Part shown: piece by piece, positions 34,903 through 43,690 of the stretch
Layout: every line of letters begins with the position of its first letter
Numbering within the stretch: the first letter of the stretch is position 1
DNA from: a virus
Lineage: Duplodnaviria; Caudoviricetes
Strand: one strand, 5' to 3'
Length of the DNA: 43,690 nt
Virus record (IMG/VR): IMGVR_UViG_3300044983_000185
Location: 1 to 43,690 of that record
Made by a program: the position numbers and the translations under genes
The notes under the pieces: model-generated
What the model saw: the letters and a program-made list of their open reading frames with translations, nothing else
Database searches by the model: none
What the model was told of the DNA's origin: nothing

Positions 34903-35159
34903 CCAGCCTGACCCTGGCATGGTCCACGGCGCGCGCCCGCCGCGCCGCCCGGCCGAAGCGCACGCCGCTACTACTGCTGTTCGTCGCGTGGCTCGCCCGG
35001 CGCCTGCCCAGCTTCAAGCGCGCGCGCACCGCGGTCATGCAGTGGTCCGCGTTCACGGCTGGCACCGTCGCGCTATGGGGTGTCGACTGGCGCGCGGGAC
35101 TGGCCGGAGTGTTCGTGTCGCTGCTCGTGCTCGAAGCGCTGGGCGGGGCAGAGCGGTGA
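34899..35159 (+). CDS. Small membrane protein
   Basis: Coupled; hydrophobic. Confidence 0.65.
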   Translation: MTSLTLAWSTARARRAARPKRTPLLLLFVAWLARRLPSFKRARTAVMQWSAFTAGTVALWGVDWRAGLAGVFVSLLVLEALGGAER

Positions 35160-35341
35160 AGCTGATTCGGTACGAGACCGGACGCGTGCACGGACTCTGG
35201 TTCGGAGCAACTGCGGAAACCGGGGTATGGCGCAGCAGCAAACCGCGCAGGCGCATGCTCTGGCGCGACCACGATTCGCTGTTCGTGGCTCTCGGTCGCT
35301 GGCGGATGCGGATCATGAAACCGAGGAGGCCGCGTGCGTAG
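35156..35341 (+). CDS. Hypothetical protein
   Basis: Coupled; supplies the SD for the portal gene. Confidence 0.55.
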   Translation: MKLIRYETGRVHGLWFGATAETGVWRSSKPRRRMLWRDHDSLFVALGRWRMRIMKPRRPRA

Positions 35342-36626
35342 CCTCCTCGGCCCCCTGCTCGCGAAGACGCCCGCACCGTTCGCGTCCTACCGCGGGGAAC
35401 GTGCCTACGCCGCGCAGGGGCGCGGCCGGGTGCCGGCGGCGCAGCAGATGGAGGCGATGGGCGCGTCCGCCGCCCTGTTCGCGATCACCAGTCGCACGAG
35501 CACGGCGACGGCCAAGCAGCCGTGGCACATGCACCGGCGCTCCCCGGGCTCGTCCTGTACGTACGACTCGGGCAGCGAGTACGCCTGCGACGGCCAGGAT
35601 GTCGAGCTCGTGCAGAAGCACCCGGCGCTGTCCGTACTGAACCGGCCGAACCCGTTCTACACGCGCACCGAACTCGTGGAGAGCGCGCAGCAGCACGTCG
35701 ACCTGACCGGCGAGGGCTGGCTGATGGTCGGCCGGATCGGGAAGCTACCGGCTGAACTGTGGGTGGCCAGGCCGGATAGGATCATCGTCGTCACCGACCT
35801 GGACGAGTTCCTGTTGGGCTACATCTACTGCTCGCCGTCCGGGCGTGAGGTGCCGTTGCGCACCGACCAGGTTCTGAGCATGCGCATGCCCGCGCCACTC
35901 GACCCGTACCGCGGCATGGGCTCCGTACAGACGATCATGGCGCAGGTGACCGGCGCGCAGTACTCCGCAGAGTGGAACGCGAACTTCTTCCGCAACGGCG
36001 CCCGGCCGGGCGGCATCGTCAAGCTCTCCCGGCGCATGAACGACAAGGAGTTCGAGCGCCTTGTCGAGCGGTTCAACATTGCGCACCGGGGCGTCGCCAA
36101 CGCCGGGCGCACTGCCTTCCTCGAAGAGGGCGACTGGGTTGACGTCAAGCCCATGAGCCTCGCGGACATGCAGTACGTCGAGACCGCCAACCTCAACCGC
36201 GACACAATCCTGCTCGCGTTCGGTGCCAGCAAATTCGACGTAGGCGTACTGGAAGACGTCAACCGGGCGTCCGCGCTCAGCGCGCACGCGGACTTCGGTT
36301 CCCGGATGACCGTGCCGCGGCTGGACCGCTGGGCGGGGATGTTCAACAACGACTTCCTGCCGATGTTCGGGCCGGCGCTCGGCGACACCGACGTGTATGA
36401 ACTGGTCTACTCCTCGCCAGTGCCCGCGGACAGGCAGCAGAACCGCGACGACAAGGTGGCGTCCGCGAACGTGTACGCCACGCTGGTCAACGCGCGGGTC
36501 AGCCCGGAGAGCGCGGCGGAGGTGGCAGGCCTGCCTCCGATGACGATCGCGCCCGAGCCGGCGCCGCAACCGCAGCTTCCCGCGGCGCCGGCCGGTGATC
36601 CGCAGAGTGAGCCGGTTCCGGCATGA
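35334..36626 (+). CDS. Portal protein (HK97-like)
   Basis: LNRPNPF, YRGMGS, FFRNGARPGGIV motifs. Confidence 0.93.
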   Translation: MRSLLGPLLAKTPAPFASYRGERAYAAQGRGRVPAAQQMEAMGASAALFAITSRTSTATAKQPWHMHRRSPGSSCTYDSGSEYACDGQDVELVQKHPALSVLNRPNPFYTRTELVESAQQHVDLTGEGWLMVGRIGKLPAELWVARPDRIIVVTDLDEFLLGYIYCSPSGREVPLRTDQVLSMRMPAPLDPYRGMGSVQTIMAQVTGAQYSAEWNANFFRNGARPGGIVKLSRRMNDKEFERLVERFNIAHRGVANAGRTAFLEEGDWVDVKPMSLADMQYVETANLNRDTILLAFGASKFDVGVLEDVNRASALSAHADFGSRMTVPRLDRWAGMFNNDFLPMFGPALGDTDVYELVYSSPVPADRQQNRDDKVASANVYATLVNARVSPESAAEVAGLPPMTIAPEPAPQPQLPAAPAGDPQSEPVPA

Positions 36627-37669
36627 GCGCCGAGCCGGAAGCGGCCGGCCGCAACGCGCGCCGCTGGACGGTCAAGGCGCACATCGACGACAACGTGTGC
36701 CAGCCGTGCGAGGACAATGACGGCAAGGTGTACCGCAACCGGAAAGCCGCATGGCGCGATTACCCGAACGGCCGTGGTTACCGCAAGTGCGTCGGTGCAC
36801 AATACGGCAATACGTGCAGATGCACAGTCGTTCGGCGAGGCAAGGATGGGACCAACATGGGGCAGGATCTAGCCTCGCTGATCAACAAGGCGATGACGCT
36901 CACCAGCACCATCGAGGCACGCAAGCTGCTGCCCACCGTGCCGGTCAACGGCCTCGCCCTGCCCGACCTGACCGGCCTGCGCGCGCAGGACAACGCGCTG
37001 TACGTCTACGACGCGATCGGCGGATGGGACGGCGCGAAAGCGATCGACGTCGCCATGGCGCTGCGGGACATGACCGGGCCGCTCGACGTGCACCTCAACT
37101 CCCCCGGCGGAGTGATCTTCGAGGGCGCGGCGATGTACAACGCGATCAAGGCGTACGGCCGCACCAACACCGTCACCTGCTACATCGACGGCTACGCCGC
37201 GAGTGCGGCAAGCTTCGTCGCCCTGGCCGCGTCCCCGTACGATTCGGTCGCGGACACCGGTGGCGTCCGTATCGCGGCCAACGGCGCGATGATGATCCAC
37301 GACGGCATGGGCATCGCGATGGGCACCGCCGACGACATGCGTGACGTCGCGGACCTGCTCGACATGCTGTCCGACACGATCGCGGAGATCTACGCCAACC
37401 GCACCGGAACGCCGGCGGCCGAGTGGCGCGACATCATGCGCGATGGTGACACGTGGTACAACGCCGCTGCAGCGCTGGACGCGAAGCTCGTGGACGTCGT
37501 CATCCCCGACGGCGAATCCGATGACGATCCCGAGCCGGCCCCTGAGCCGGGCAACACCCTCGACCTCGACCTGTTTACGGTCGACACGCCGGTCGCGCCG
37601 GCGGCAACTGCCCAACCTCCCTTCGATCTCGAAGGAATCCGCATCGCACTGAAGGGAGTGTTGGCGTGA
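36623..37669 (+). CDS. Clp-type head maturation protease with Cys-rich N-terminal extension
   Basis: LNSPGG, AASAAS, MMIHD, DTWY motifs. Confidence 0.9.
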   Translation: MSAEPEAAGRNARRWTVKAHIDDNVCQPCEDNDGKVYRNRKAAWRDYPNGRGYRKCVGAQYGNTCRCTVVRRGKDGTNMGQDLASLINKAMTLTSTIEARKLLPTVPVNGLALPDLTGLRAQDNALYVYDAIGGWDGAKAIDVAMALRDMTGPLDVHLNSPGGVIFEGAAMYNAIKAYGRTNTVTCYIDGYAASAASFVALAASPYDSVADTGGVRIAANGAMMIHDGMGIAMGTADDMRDVADLLDMLSDTIAEIYANRTGTPAAEWRDIMRDGDTWYNAAAALDAKLVDVVIPDGESDDDPEPAPEPGNTLDLDLFTVDTPVAPAATAQPPFDLEGIRIALKGVLA

Positions 37670-39042
37670 CCGTCGACACCGCAAAGCCCACCAACCCGGC
37701 CCAGTGGGAGGAGTACGTCAATACGACACTCGCCTCCCCGGAGGCGTTCAAGAAGGCGTACGAAGACGGCAGCTTCCTGGAGAACCTGAAGGCTTACCAG
37801 GGCGCCACCAACAAGACGATGACCGACCTCAAGGCGCAGCTCACCGAGCAGGTCTCGGCCAGTGTGCTGGAGATGTTCAAGCGCAACGGCCTGGAGACGG
37901 ACATCGTCAACGGCCGGCCTGACACGCGGCCGGTCAACCGGCGGTACGAGGACGCCGGTGTCGCCTACAACAAGTACGCGCCCGGCGTCGCCGTCGAGAA
38001 GATCTGGAACTCCGCGGGCCAGATGCTTCAGGACATCGTCACGAAGCGACCCGGCGCCGAAGCCGCCGCGCGGCTGAACAAGTACGACGACCTGACCAAC
38101 GCGTACAGCTCGAACGTGCCCAGCACCGGCGGCTACCTGATCCCGGAGGACGTCCGCTCGGAGATCATGACGCGTGCGCTGGAAGGCGCGGTCATGCGCC
38201 CGTACGCGCAGGTCGTGCCGATGCCGTCCGGCAAGTTCTCCTGGCCGGTCACCGACTTCACCACCGAGGTCGGCGAGGTCTACGGCGGCATCGTCATGAG
38301 CTGGCTCGACGAGGGTCAGACGTTCACGCCCACCGAGGCGACGTTCGCGAAGGTCGCGCTCCAGTCCCACAAGCTGGGCGGTCTCGCCCGCATCCCGAAC
38401 GAGCTCGTGCGTCACATCGCCGCGCTCGAAGCGTGGTGCCGCACGAACATGCCGAACGCGATCAAGCACTTCGAAGACGTCGGCTTCCTGTCCGGTGACG
38501 GTGTGAAGAAGCCGCTCGGCGCGCTGCACGCGAGCAACCCGGCCATGATCGTTGCCACCGCGGAGACCGGCCAGCCCGCCGCCACCATCACGTGGATCAA
38601 CGTGCTCGCGATGCTGTCACGGCTGCTGCCCGAGTCGTGGGACAGCGCAGCGTGGATCATCACCCCGGACGCGCTCCCGGAGATCTACACCATGGCGCTG
38701 CCCGTCGGCACCGGCGGCAGCGCGACCATGAGCGGCGAGGGCCGCGGCCCGGACCCGCTCCCGCAGTCCCTGGCCGGCATCCCGATCGTGTGGTCGCGCA
38801 AGACCCCGGGCATCCTCGGCACGCAGGGTGACATTTCGCTGATCGACCGCAGCAAGTACGTGATCGGTGACACCTCGGGCGTCATGCTCGACACCTCCGA
38901 GCACTCCGCGTTCACGAGCGATCAGACCGACTTCCGGATCATCCTGGAAGTCGACGGCCAGCCCGGCATGCTGTCGCCGCTCACCCCCGCCAACAACGGC
39001 CCCACCCTCTCCGCGTTCGTCCAGCTGGCGACGCGCAGCTAA
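37666..39042 (+). CDS. Major capsid protein (HK97 fold)
   Basis: GGYLIPE, FLSGDGVKKPLG; follows the protease. Confidence 0.93.
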   Translation: MTVDTAKPTNPAQWEEYVNTTLASPEAFKKAYEDGSFLENLKAYQGATNKTMTDLKAQLTEQVSASVLEMFKRNGLETDIVNGRPDTRPVNRRYEDAGVAYNKYAPGVAVEKIWNSAGQMLQDIVTKRPGAEAAARLNKYDDLTNAYSSNVPSTGGYLIPEDVRSEIMTRALEGAVMRPYAQVVPMPSGKFSWPVTDFTTEVGEVYGGIVMSWLDEGQTFTPTEATFAKVALQSHKLGGLARIPNELVRHIAALEAWCRTNMPNAIKHFEDVGFLSGDGVKKPLGALHASNPAMIVATAETGQPAATITWINVLAMLSRLLPESWDSAAWIITPDALPEIYTMALPVGTGGSATMSGEGRGPDPLPQSLAGIPIVWSRKTPGILGTQGDISLIDRSKYVIGDTSGVMLDTSEHSAFTSDQTDFRIILEVDGQPGMLSPLTPANNGPTLSAFVQLATRS

Positions 39043-39111
39043 CAGATCTACGCCGGTGAGCCAGGACATCGCGTCCTGGCCTACTGGCGGAACTCCCAAG
39101 GAAGGGGAGAG

Positions 39112-39675
39112 ATGACCACAGGAACCGGTGAGGCACTCGGCCGGCTTTTCGACCTCGGCACCGGATGGGCGCCCGTCGACCTCGACACGTCCAACGGCGC
39201 CACCGGCAAGCGCGTCAGCCTCGCGCTCGCCAACTACCTGACGTACATCGTGATGACCGGAACCGGCGGCGCCGAGGATCTGACCCTGGATCTTCAGATG
39301 CACACCGCGTACACGTCCGGCACGAGCGCGGACATGGACGCGTCCGGCGCCGCGACGGCTACTGGCGTGGACCACTACTACATCAAGGCCGAAACCGCGC
39401 TCGACAATGACGAGTCGTGGGTGAAGGTCACGCAGTCCGCGGCCAGTGAGGCAGTCGTGGTTGGCGCGACGTACGGCGCGATGCAGAAGCTGATCGTGAT
39501 CGAGATCCACGCGGCGATGCTGGCCGACACGTACACCCACGCGTCGCTGAACGCCGCGATCACCACGAGCACCGCACAGCTGTCCAGCTGCCTGTACCTG
39601 CTCCACGGGCTGCGCTACCCGCGCAAGCCGACCAACCTCCCGAACCTCCTGCGGCCCGGGGCGGCGAACGCCTGA
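39112..39675 (+). CDS. Virion structural protein (possible decoration protein)
   Basis: Strong SD; directly after the capsid gene; beta-rich. Confidence 0.65.
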   Translation: MTTGTGEALGRLFDLGTGWAPVDLDTSNGATGKRVSLALANYLTYIVMTGTGGAEDLTLDLQMHTAYTSGTSADMDASGAATATGVDHYYIKAETALDNDESWVKVTQSAASEAVVVGATYGAMQKLIVIEIHAAMLADTYTHASLNAAITTSTAQLSSCLYLLHGLRYPRKPTNLPNLLRPGAANA

Positions 39676-40139
39676 TGACTGTCGTCAACGAAGCGGACGC
39701 CTACCGCAAGTCGGTGCTCGGCGCCGGCCCGGTCAGCAAGGCGTATGCCACCCTCGTCGTCGAGACGAAGACGCTGTTCACGGTGTCCGGCCTCTGCGTC
39801 GTCACGAGCCTTTTCGGCGTGGTAACGACGGCCATCACCGTGGCCAACACGGTGAAGCTCCAGGCCAACCCGACGACCGGGACCACGCAGGACCTGTGCG
39901 CGGCCACGGACATCGGCACCACGGACACGCCGGCCGGCAACATTCTGACCATCGCGGGCGCCGCGGCGACGTCCATCGTGTCCGGCATCGGCGCCGCGCC
40001 GATGTTCGCGACCATGGACAAGCTTGTCATCGCGGCCGGCACCATCGAGCAGGTCACGGCTACCGGCGCGGACGGCGGCATCACGTGGTACCTCACGTAC
40101 GTGCCGATCGCGTCGGGCGCAACCATCGTCGCTGCCTGA
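39675..40139 (+). CDS. Virion structural protein
   Basis: Thr/Ala-rich; coupled. Confidence 0.65.
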   Translation: MTVVNEADAYRKSVLGAGPVSKAYATLVVETKTLFTVSGLCVVTSLFGVVTTAITVANTVKLQANPTTGTTQDLCAATDIGTTDTPAGNILTIAGAAATSIVSGIGAAPMFATMDKLVIAAGTIEQVTATGADGGITWYLTYVPIASGATIVAA

Positions 40140-40148
40140 TGATGGACA

Positions 40149-40188
40149 GACACCCCCTGCAGGCCTGATCTCACCTGCAGGGGGTGTC
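40149..40188. terminator. 15-bp hairpin after the head genes
   Basis: GACACCCCCTGCAGG/CCTGCAGGGGGTGTC. Confidence 0.6.
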
Positions 40189-40206
40189 CACCAGAAAGGA
40201 GCGATC

Positions 40207-40482
40207 ATGGACATGACGCAAGCGGACTACGCCGAGCGGCTCAAGCGGGCCGTCGCCGGCAGCGCCGGCGACGAGGACCGGCGCCTGATCAAGCTGTACG
40301 AGAAGGAGGGTTTCTCGTGGGATGGTCCCAGCTCGGAGCCATCTACGCCGGGAACGCCCGAGAGTACGAGCACGAGCAGACCCGCACCCCGGTCGAATGC
40401 CCGGTCGACAAGTACCCGCTCGAACAAGGGCCGGTCGAAGGACAACTCCACTGCAAGTTCGGCGGAGAACTCTACGACCTGA
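40207..40482 (+). CDS. Hypothetical protein with Ser/Thr-rich tail
   Basis: SD AAAGGAG. Confidence 0.6.
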   Translation: MDMTQADYAERLKRAVAGSAGDEDRRLIKLYEKEGFSWDGPSSEPSTPGTPESTSTSRPAPRSNARSTSTRSNKGRSKDNSTASSAENSTT

Positions 40483-40505
40483 GCGGTCGGCCGATCTTTG
40501 ACTGA
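40317..40505 (+). CDS. Small putative Zn-binding protein overlapping the previous ORF
   Basis: SD AAGGAGG; CPVD...LHCKF. Confidence 0.6.
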   Translation: MGWSQLGAIYAGNAREYEHEQTRTPVECPVDKYPLEQGPVEGQLHCKFGGELYDLSGRPIFD

Positions 40506-40529
40506 GCCTGTCGCGGCTATGATCAGCGC

Positions 40530-40643
40530 GAGACCGGAGTGTTGAGGCCGTCGGGCGGGTGAACCCGGCGTTGCCATGGGCGCACGCGACAGGGCATCAC
40601 CAGTCCTGTCGAAGCGGAGGTTCAAGCCCTCCCGGTGTCACCA
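40530..40643 (+). ncRNA. tRNA-like RNA with encoded CCA (114 nt)
   Basis: GAGACCG/CGGTGTC-A-CCA; T arm GGAGG-TTCAAGC-CCTCC; -10 TATGAT six nt upstream. Confidence 0.7.
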
Positions 40644-40685
40644 CAACTTCAGATCTTCACTTCCTCGCAGAAAGCAGCCGAGGCT

Positions 40686-41723
40686 ATGGCCAGACCGTGT
40701 TATGTCACACGGGACCGGGTGCAATACACCCTGGACCAGGCGGATGTCTTCCGCTCGAACAAGCGCATCGACGACGCCATCGCCTCGGCCAGTGACGATC
40801 TCGAAGGTCTACTCAACCGGTATTTCTATCCCACGCTCGCGACGCGCTACCCGGATCCGTGGCGCCAGGTCCGCGGCGGCATTCTCTGGCTGGACAGCAA
40901 CGTCTACGAGATGGCGTCCGTGTCCACGCTCGTCGTGGACAGCGTGACATGGACAGTGAACACCGACTTCTACCTCGATCCGGAGGACGGCCCTCCGTAC
41001 ACGTCCATCCGGATCCCGCGGACATCGTCGCGGTCATGGCCGTCCGACGAGCGCAGCATCGTGGTCACCGGCCAGGTCGGCGCGTCCGCGCGGACAAAGG
41101 CGGCCGGCACGCTGTCCGCGTCCATGAACACGAGCGTGACAACGATGACCGTGTCCGACGCGTCCATGGTCGGTGTCGGTGACCTTGTCACGCTGGACAG
41201 TGAACGTGTCATCGTGACGGACAAGGCGCTGACCACGACCGGCACCACGATCACCGCGGACATGACCGGCCTGTCCAGCGGGACATCGGTCACGGTCGCG
41301 TCCGGCACCGCTGTCCACGCCGGCGAATACATCGTCATCGACAGCGAGCGGATCTTCGTCGAACAGGTCAACGGCAACACGCTGACCGTGAAGCGCGGCG
41401 CGCAGTCCAGTGCCCTGGCCGTGCACACTTCCGGCGCTACGGTGTACGCGCCGCGCGTCTGCACGGTCGAACGCGCGTGCACTGGCACGACCGCAGCGAG
41501 TCACAACAGCGCGATCACGCTGTACGTCAACGATCCGCCGGCGCTCGTGCAGGAGGCCGGTCTCGCGCTCGCGTTGAACAACCTGGAGCAGGGCAAGAAC
41601 GCGTACGCCCGCACGACCGGCACCGGGGAGATGCAGCAGGAGGCGACCGGCCGCGGCGTGAAGCAGATCGTGGAGGACTGCATCGCCCGGCACGGACGTG
41701 TCCGGATCGGCGCGACGTCATGA
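40686..41723 (+). CDS. Head-tail adaptor with inserted beta-repeat domains
   Basis: Position; IASASDDLEGLLNRYF; repeated DSERV/DSERI units. Confidence 0.75.
   Translation: MARPCYVTRDRVQYTLDQADVFRSNKRIDDAIASASDDLEGLLNRYFYPTLATRYPDPWRQVRGGILWLDSNVYEMASVSTLVVDSVTWTVNTDFYLDPEDGPPYTSIRIPRTSSRSWPSDERSIVVTGQVGASARTKAAGTLSASMNTSVTTMTVSDASMVGVGDLVTLDSERVIVTDKALTTTGTTITADMTGLSSGTSVTVASGTAVHAGEYIVIDSERIFVEQVNGNTLTVKRGAQSSALAVHTSGATVYAPRVCTVERACTGTTAASHNSAITLYVNDPPALVQEAGLALALNNLEQGKNAYARTTGTGEMQQEATGRGVKQIVEDCIARHGRVRIGATS
40892..41316. repeat. Cluster of 14 GGACA/TGTCC motifs inside the adaptor gene
   Basis: Hand count. Confidence 0.7.
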
Positions 41724-42106
41724 CGTCCACGGTCACCATCCACGGGCCGCTGTTCGACGGCCAGGCGCGCGGCATCATCTCGGACATGTGCGACGACATC
41801 GCGGAAGCAGTTGCCGACGACGGCCGCGAACTCGTGCTGATCAACCTGAACGATTCGCTGCAGACCCAGACGCCCTACTACACCACCATGATCGACATCC
41901 ACCCGGACGACGGCCCGCACAGCATGGCCGCCGGTGACAACGGTGTGGTCTACGGGCCGTGGCTGGAAGGAATCGGCAGCCGCAACGCACCCGTCACGCG
42001 GTTCAAGGGCTACGCGAGTTTCCGCCGCGCTGCGCAGGGGCTGGAGCAGACTGCCGGCGCCACCGCGCAGCGCGTCGCCGAGCCCTACATTGCGAGGCTC
42101 GGATGA
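41720..42106 (+). CDS. Neck/tail completion protein
   Basis: VYGPWLEG...FKGY motif; position. Confidence 0.7.
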   Translation: MTSTVTIHGPLFDGQARGIISDMCDDIAEAVADDGRELVLINLNDSLQTQTPYYTTMIDIHPDDGPHSMAAGDNGVVYGPWLEGIGSRNAPVTRFKGYASFRRAAQGLEQTAGATAQRVAEPYIARLG

Positions 42107-42564
42107 CTCTGCTTCAGGACCGCGTGAACGCGATCATCGACCGGGTGGTCAGTCCTGGCATGGCGTCCGGGCTGTTCGACTCCGTGCCGCAGGCCGAGCC
42201 GATGAGTGCACCGTATGACACGATGTACGCCGTTTTCGTGGCAGGGATCGGGCCGGCGCGCTCCGGGCTGGACATGACGAGTGTGAAGATCACGCTGACC
42301 GGTCGCATCCACAAGCGGGCGCTCGCCTACCCGCGGGACCTGATCGATCCGTGGCTGCTCACCGCGACGGCCACCATGATGGCCGCCTACAGCGAAGACT
42401 TCGAGCTGGGCGGCGAGGCGCGCATGGTCGACCTGCTGGGCGCGAACAACGGCGGCGCACTGGCAGGCCGCGCCGGGCACATCACGATCGACAAGACCCT
42501 GTTCAGGATCATGGACATCACGATCCCGATCATCGTCAACGACGCCTTCACCCAGGCACCGTAA
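42103..42564 (+). CDS. Tail terminator-like protein
   Basis: Position and size. Confidence 0.65.
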   Translation: MTLLQDRVNAIIDRVVSPGMASGLFDSVPQAEPMSAPYDTMYAVFVAGIGPARSGLDMTSVKITLTGRIHKRALAYPRDLIDPWLLTATATMMAAYSEDFELGGEARMVDLLGANNGGALAGRAGHITIDKTLFRIMDITIPIIVNDAFTQAP

Positions 42565-42573
42565 GGAGCAGCG

Positions 42574-43302
42574 ATGGCGAAGCAGAGTGGTCTCGGTGAC
42601 CGGCTCTGGGTGGGTGGCTACAACCTGTCCGGCGACATCGGCACTATTCGGCAGGTGTCCGGCGGTCCGGCGGCCATGGACGTCACGGACATCACGCAGT
42701 CCGGTTTCGGCCGGATCGGCGGCAAACGCACCGGGATGATCGGTTTCACGTCGTGGTTCGACAAGGCGGCCGGCGCCGCGCATCCTGTGCTGTCCGCGCT
42801 ACCGCGCACCGACACGCTCATGAGCTACGGCCGGGGCGCGACGATCGGCAGCGCCATGGCCAGCATGGTCAGCCTGCAGATCGGCTACGACGGCACCCGC
42901 GCAACCGATGGCACGTTCACGCTCGCCGTGGATGGCCAGTCGGACGGCTACGGCCTCGAATGGGGCCAGCAGCTGACTGCGGGGGACCGTACGGACACGA
43001 CCGGCACGAACGGCGCGAGCCTCGACGGCACGGCCAGCAGCGCCAACGGCGCGCAGTTCTATGCGCACCTGTCTGCACTGACCGGTACGAACGTCGTGCT
43101 GACGATCCAGGACTCCGCGGACAACGCGGCGTGGGCGAACCTGTCCGGCGCCGCATTCACGTCGATGACGGCGATCGGCTGGCAGCGCATCGCGGTCACG
43201 GGCACGGTGCGCCGCTACCTGCGGGTGGTCAGCTCGGGCACGTTCACCAGCGCGACGTTCGTCGTGAACGCCATCCGCAACGCCACTGCGGTGGTGTTTT
43301 AG
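42574..43302 (+). CDS. Tail-tube-like structural protein with C-terminal beta-sandwich
   Basis: SD AAGGAG; MAKQSGLG, DVTDI; TVRRYLRV. Confidence 0.7.
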   Translation: MAKQSGLGDRLWVGGYNLSGDIGTIRQVSGGPAAMDVTDITQSGFGRIGGKRTGMIGFTSWFDKAAGAAHPVLSALPRTDTLMSYGRGATIGSAMASMVSLQIGYDGTRATDGTFTLAVDGQSDGYGLEWGQQLTAGDRTDTTGTNGASLDGTASSANGAQFYAHLSALTGTNVVLTIQDSADNAAWANLSGAAFTSMTAIGWQRIAVTGTVRRYLRVVSSGTFTSATFVVNAIRNATAVVF

Positions 43303-43690
43303 GTGCGCCCGCTCAACCGGATCCATCCCGCGATCGGGCCGGAGAACTTCGTCACGTACGAGTTGCGTGCGCCGATCGCGACGCACCGGCGCCGGGCGAG
43401 CTGCGCGGAGGTCGACTGCATCCGCAGGCTACGCGGCTTCCGCGCACAGTTCGACGTGAGCACTCTGCAGGGCCGGGCGAACGCGCGGACGGTGGACCTG
43501 TCGAACCGTCGCTACACGCGCGAGGTGGCCGGCGCGCTGGTCACGTACACGTTCGCGGCCGGGCAAGACTGTTTCACCGCGCACACGGTGCCGCTGGAGC
43601 GAGAGCCGATCTACCTCGTGCGGGGCGGGGACTACCGCGGCAATCCGCGGGGGACCGGCGCGCGCGTGCACACGCGGCCGGAGTTGTGGG
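43303..43690 (+). CDS. 5' part of the junction-spanning protein (continues to position 183)
   Basis: GTG directly after the TAG; open to the window end. Confidence 0.8.
   Translation, partial: MRPLNRIHPAIGPENFVTYELRAPIATHRRRASCAEVDCIRRLRGFRAQFDVSTLQGRANARTVDLSNRRYTREVAGALVTYTFAAGQDCFTAHTVPLEREPIYLVRGGDYRGNPRGTGARVHTRPELW
43564..43690. repeat. Terminal direct repeat, identical to 1-127
   Basis: Exact match. Confidence 0.95.

Overview
The window looks like a complete, circularly assembled genome (43,563 bp unique; the last 127 bp repeat the first 127 bp) of a high-GC tailed phage, probably a siphovirus of a filamentous actinomycete (host is an inference). It has terminase, HK97-type portal, Clp-type protease, capsid and tail genes (about 31.8 kb wrapping to 7.1 kb) and an amidase/holin lysis cassette. 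Its replication arm encodes an SSB-like protein, a PD-(D/E)XK exonuclease, SF2 and SF1 helicases, a C5 methyltransferase, a primase-helicase and endonuclease VII. I see no integrase or ParA. Unusual features: (1) a 6-kb module resembling the actinomycete plasmid/AICE transfer-and-spread apparatus (TraB-like FtsK ATPase, DUF2637-like membrane protein with HTH, small membrane proteins, membrane-anchored GIY-YIG protein, paired operators). Three dense GGACA/TGTCC motif clusters lie hidden in coding sequence, one of them in a virion gene. (2) Promoter-defined structured non-coding RNAs, three with tRNA acceptor+T arms but non-canonical cores. (3) A genome-wide leaderless promoter motif, an ATT-initiated tail gene and chimeric mini-ORFs that record cassette shuffling. 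All protein calls come from motif recognition by eye; no searches were run.
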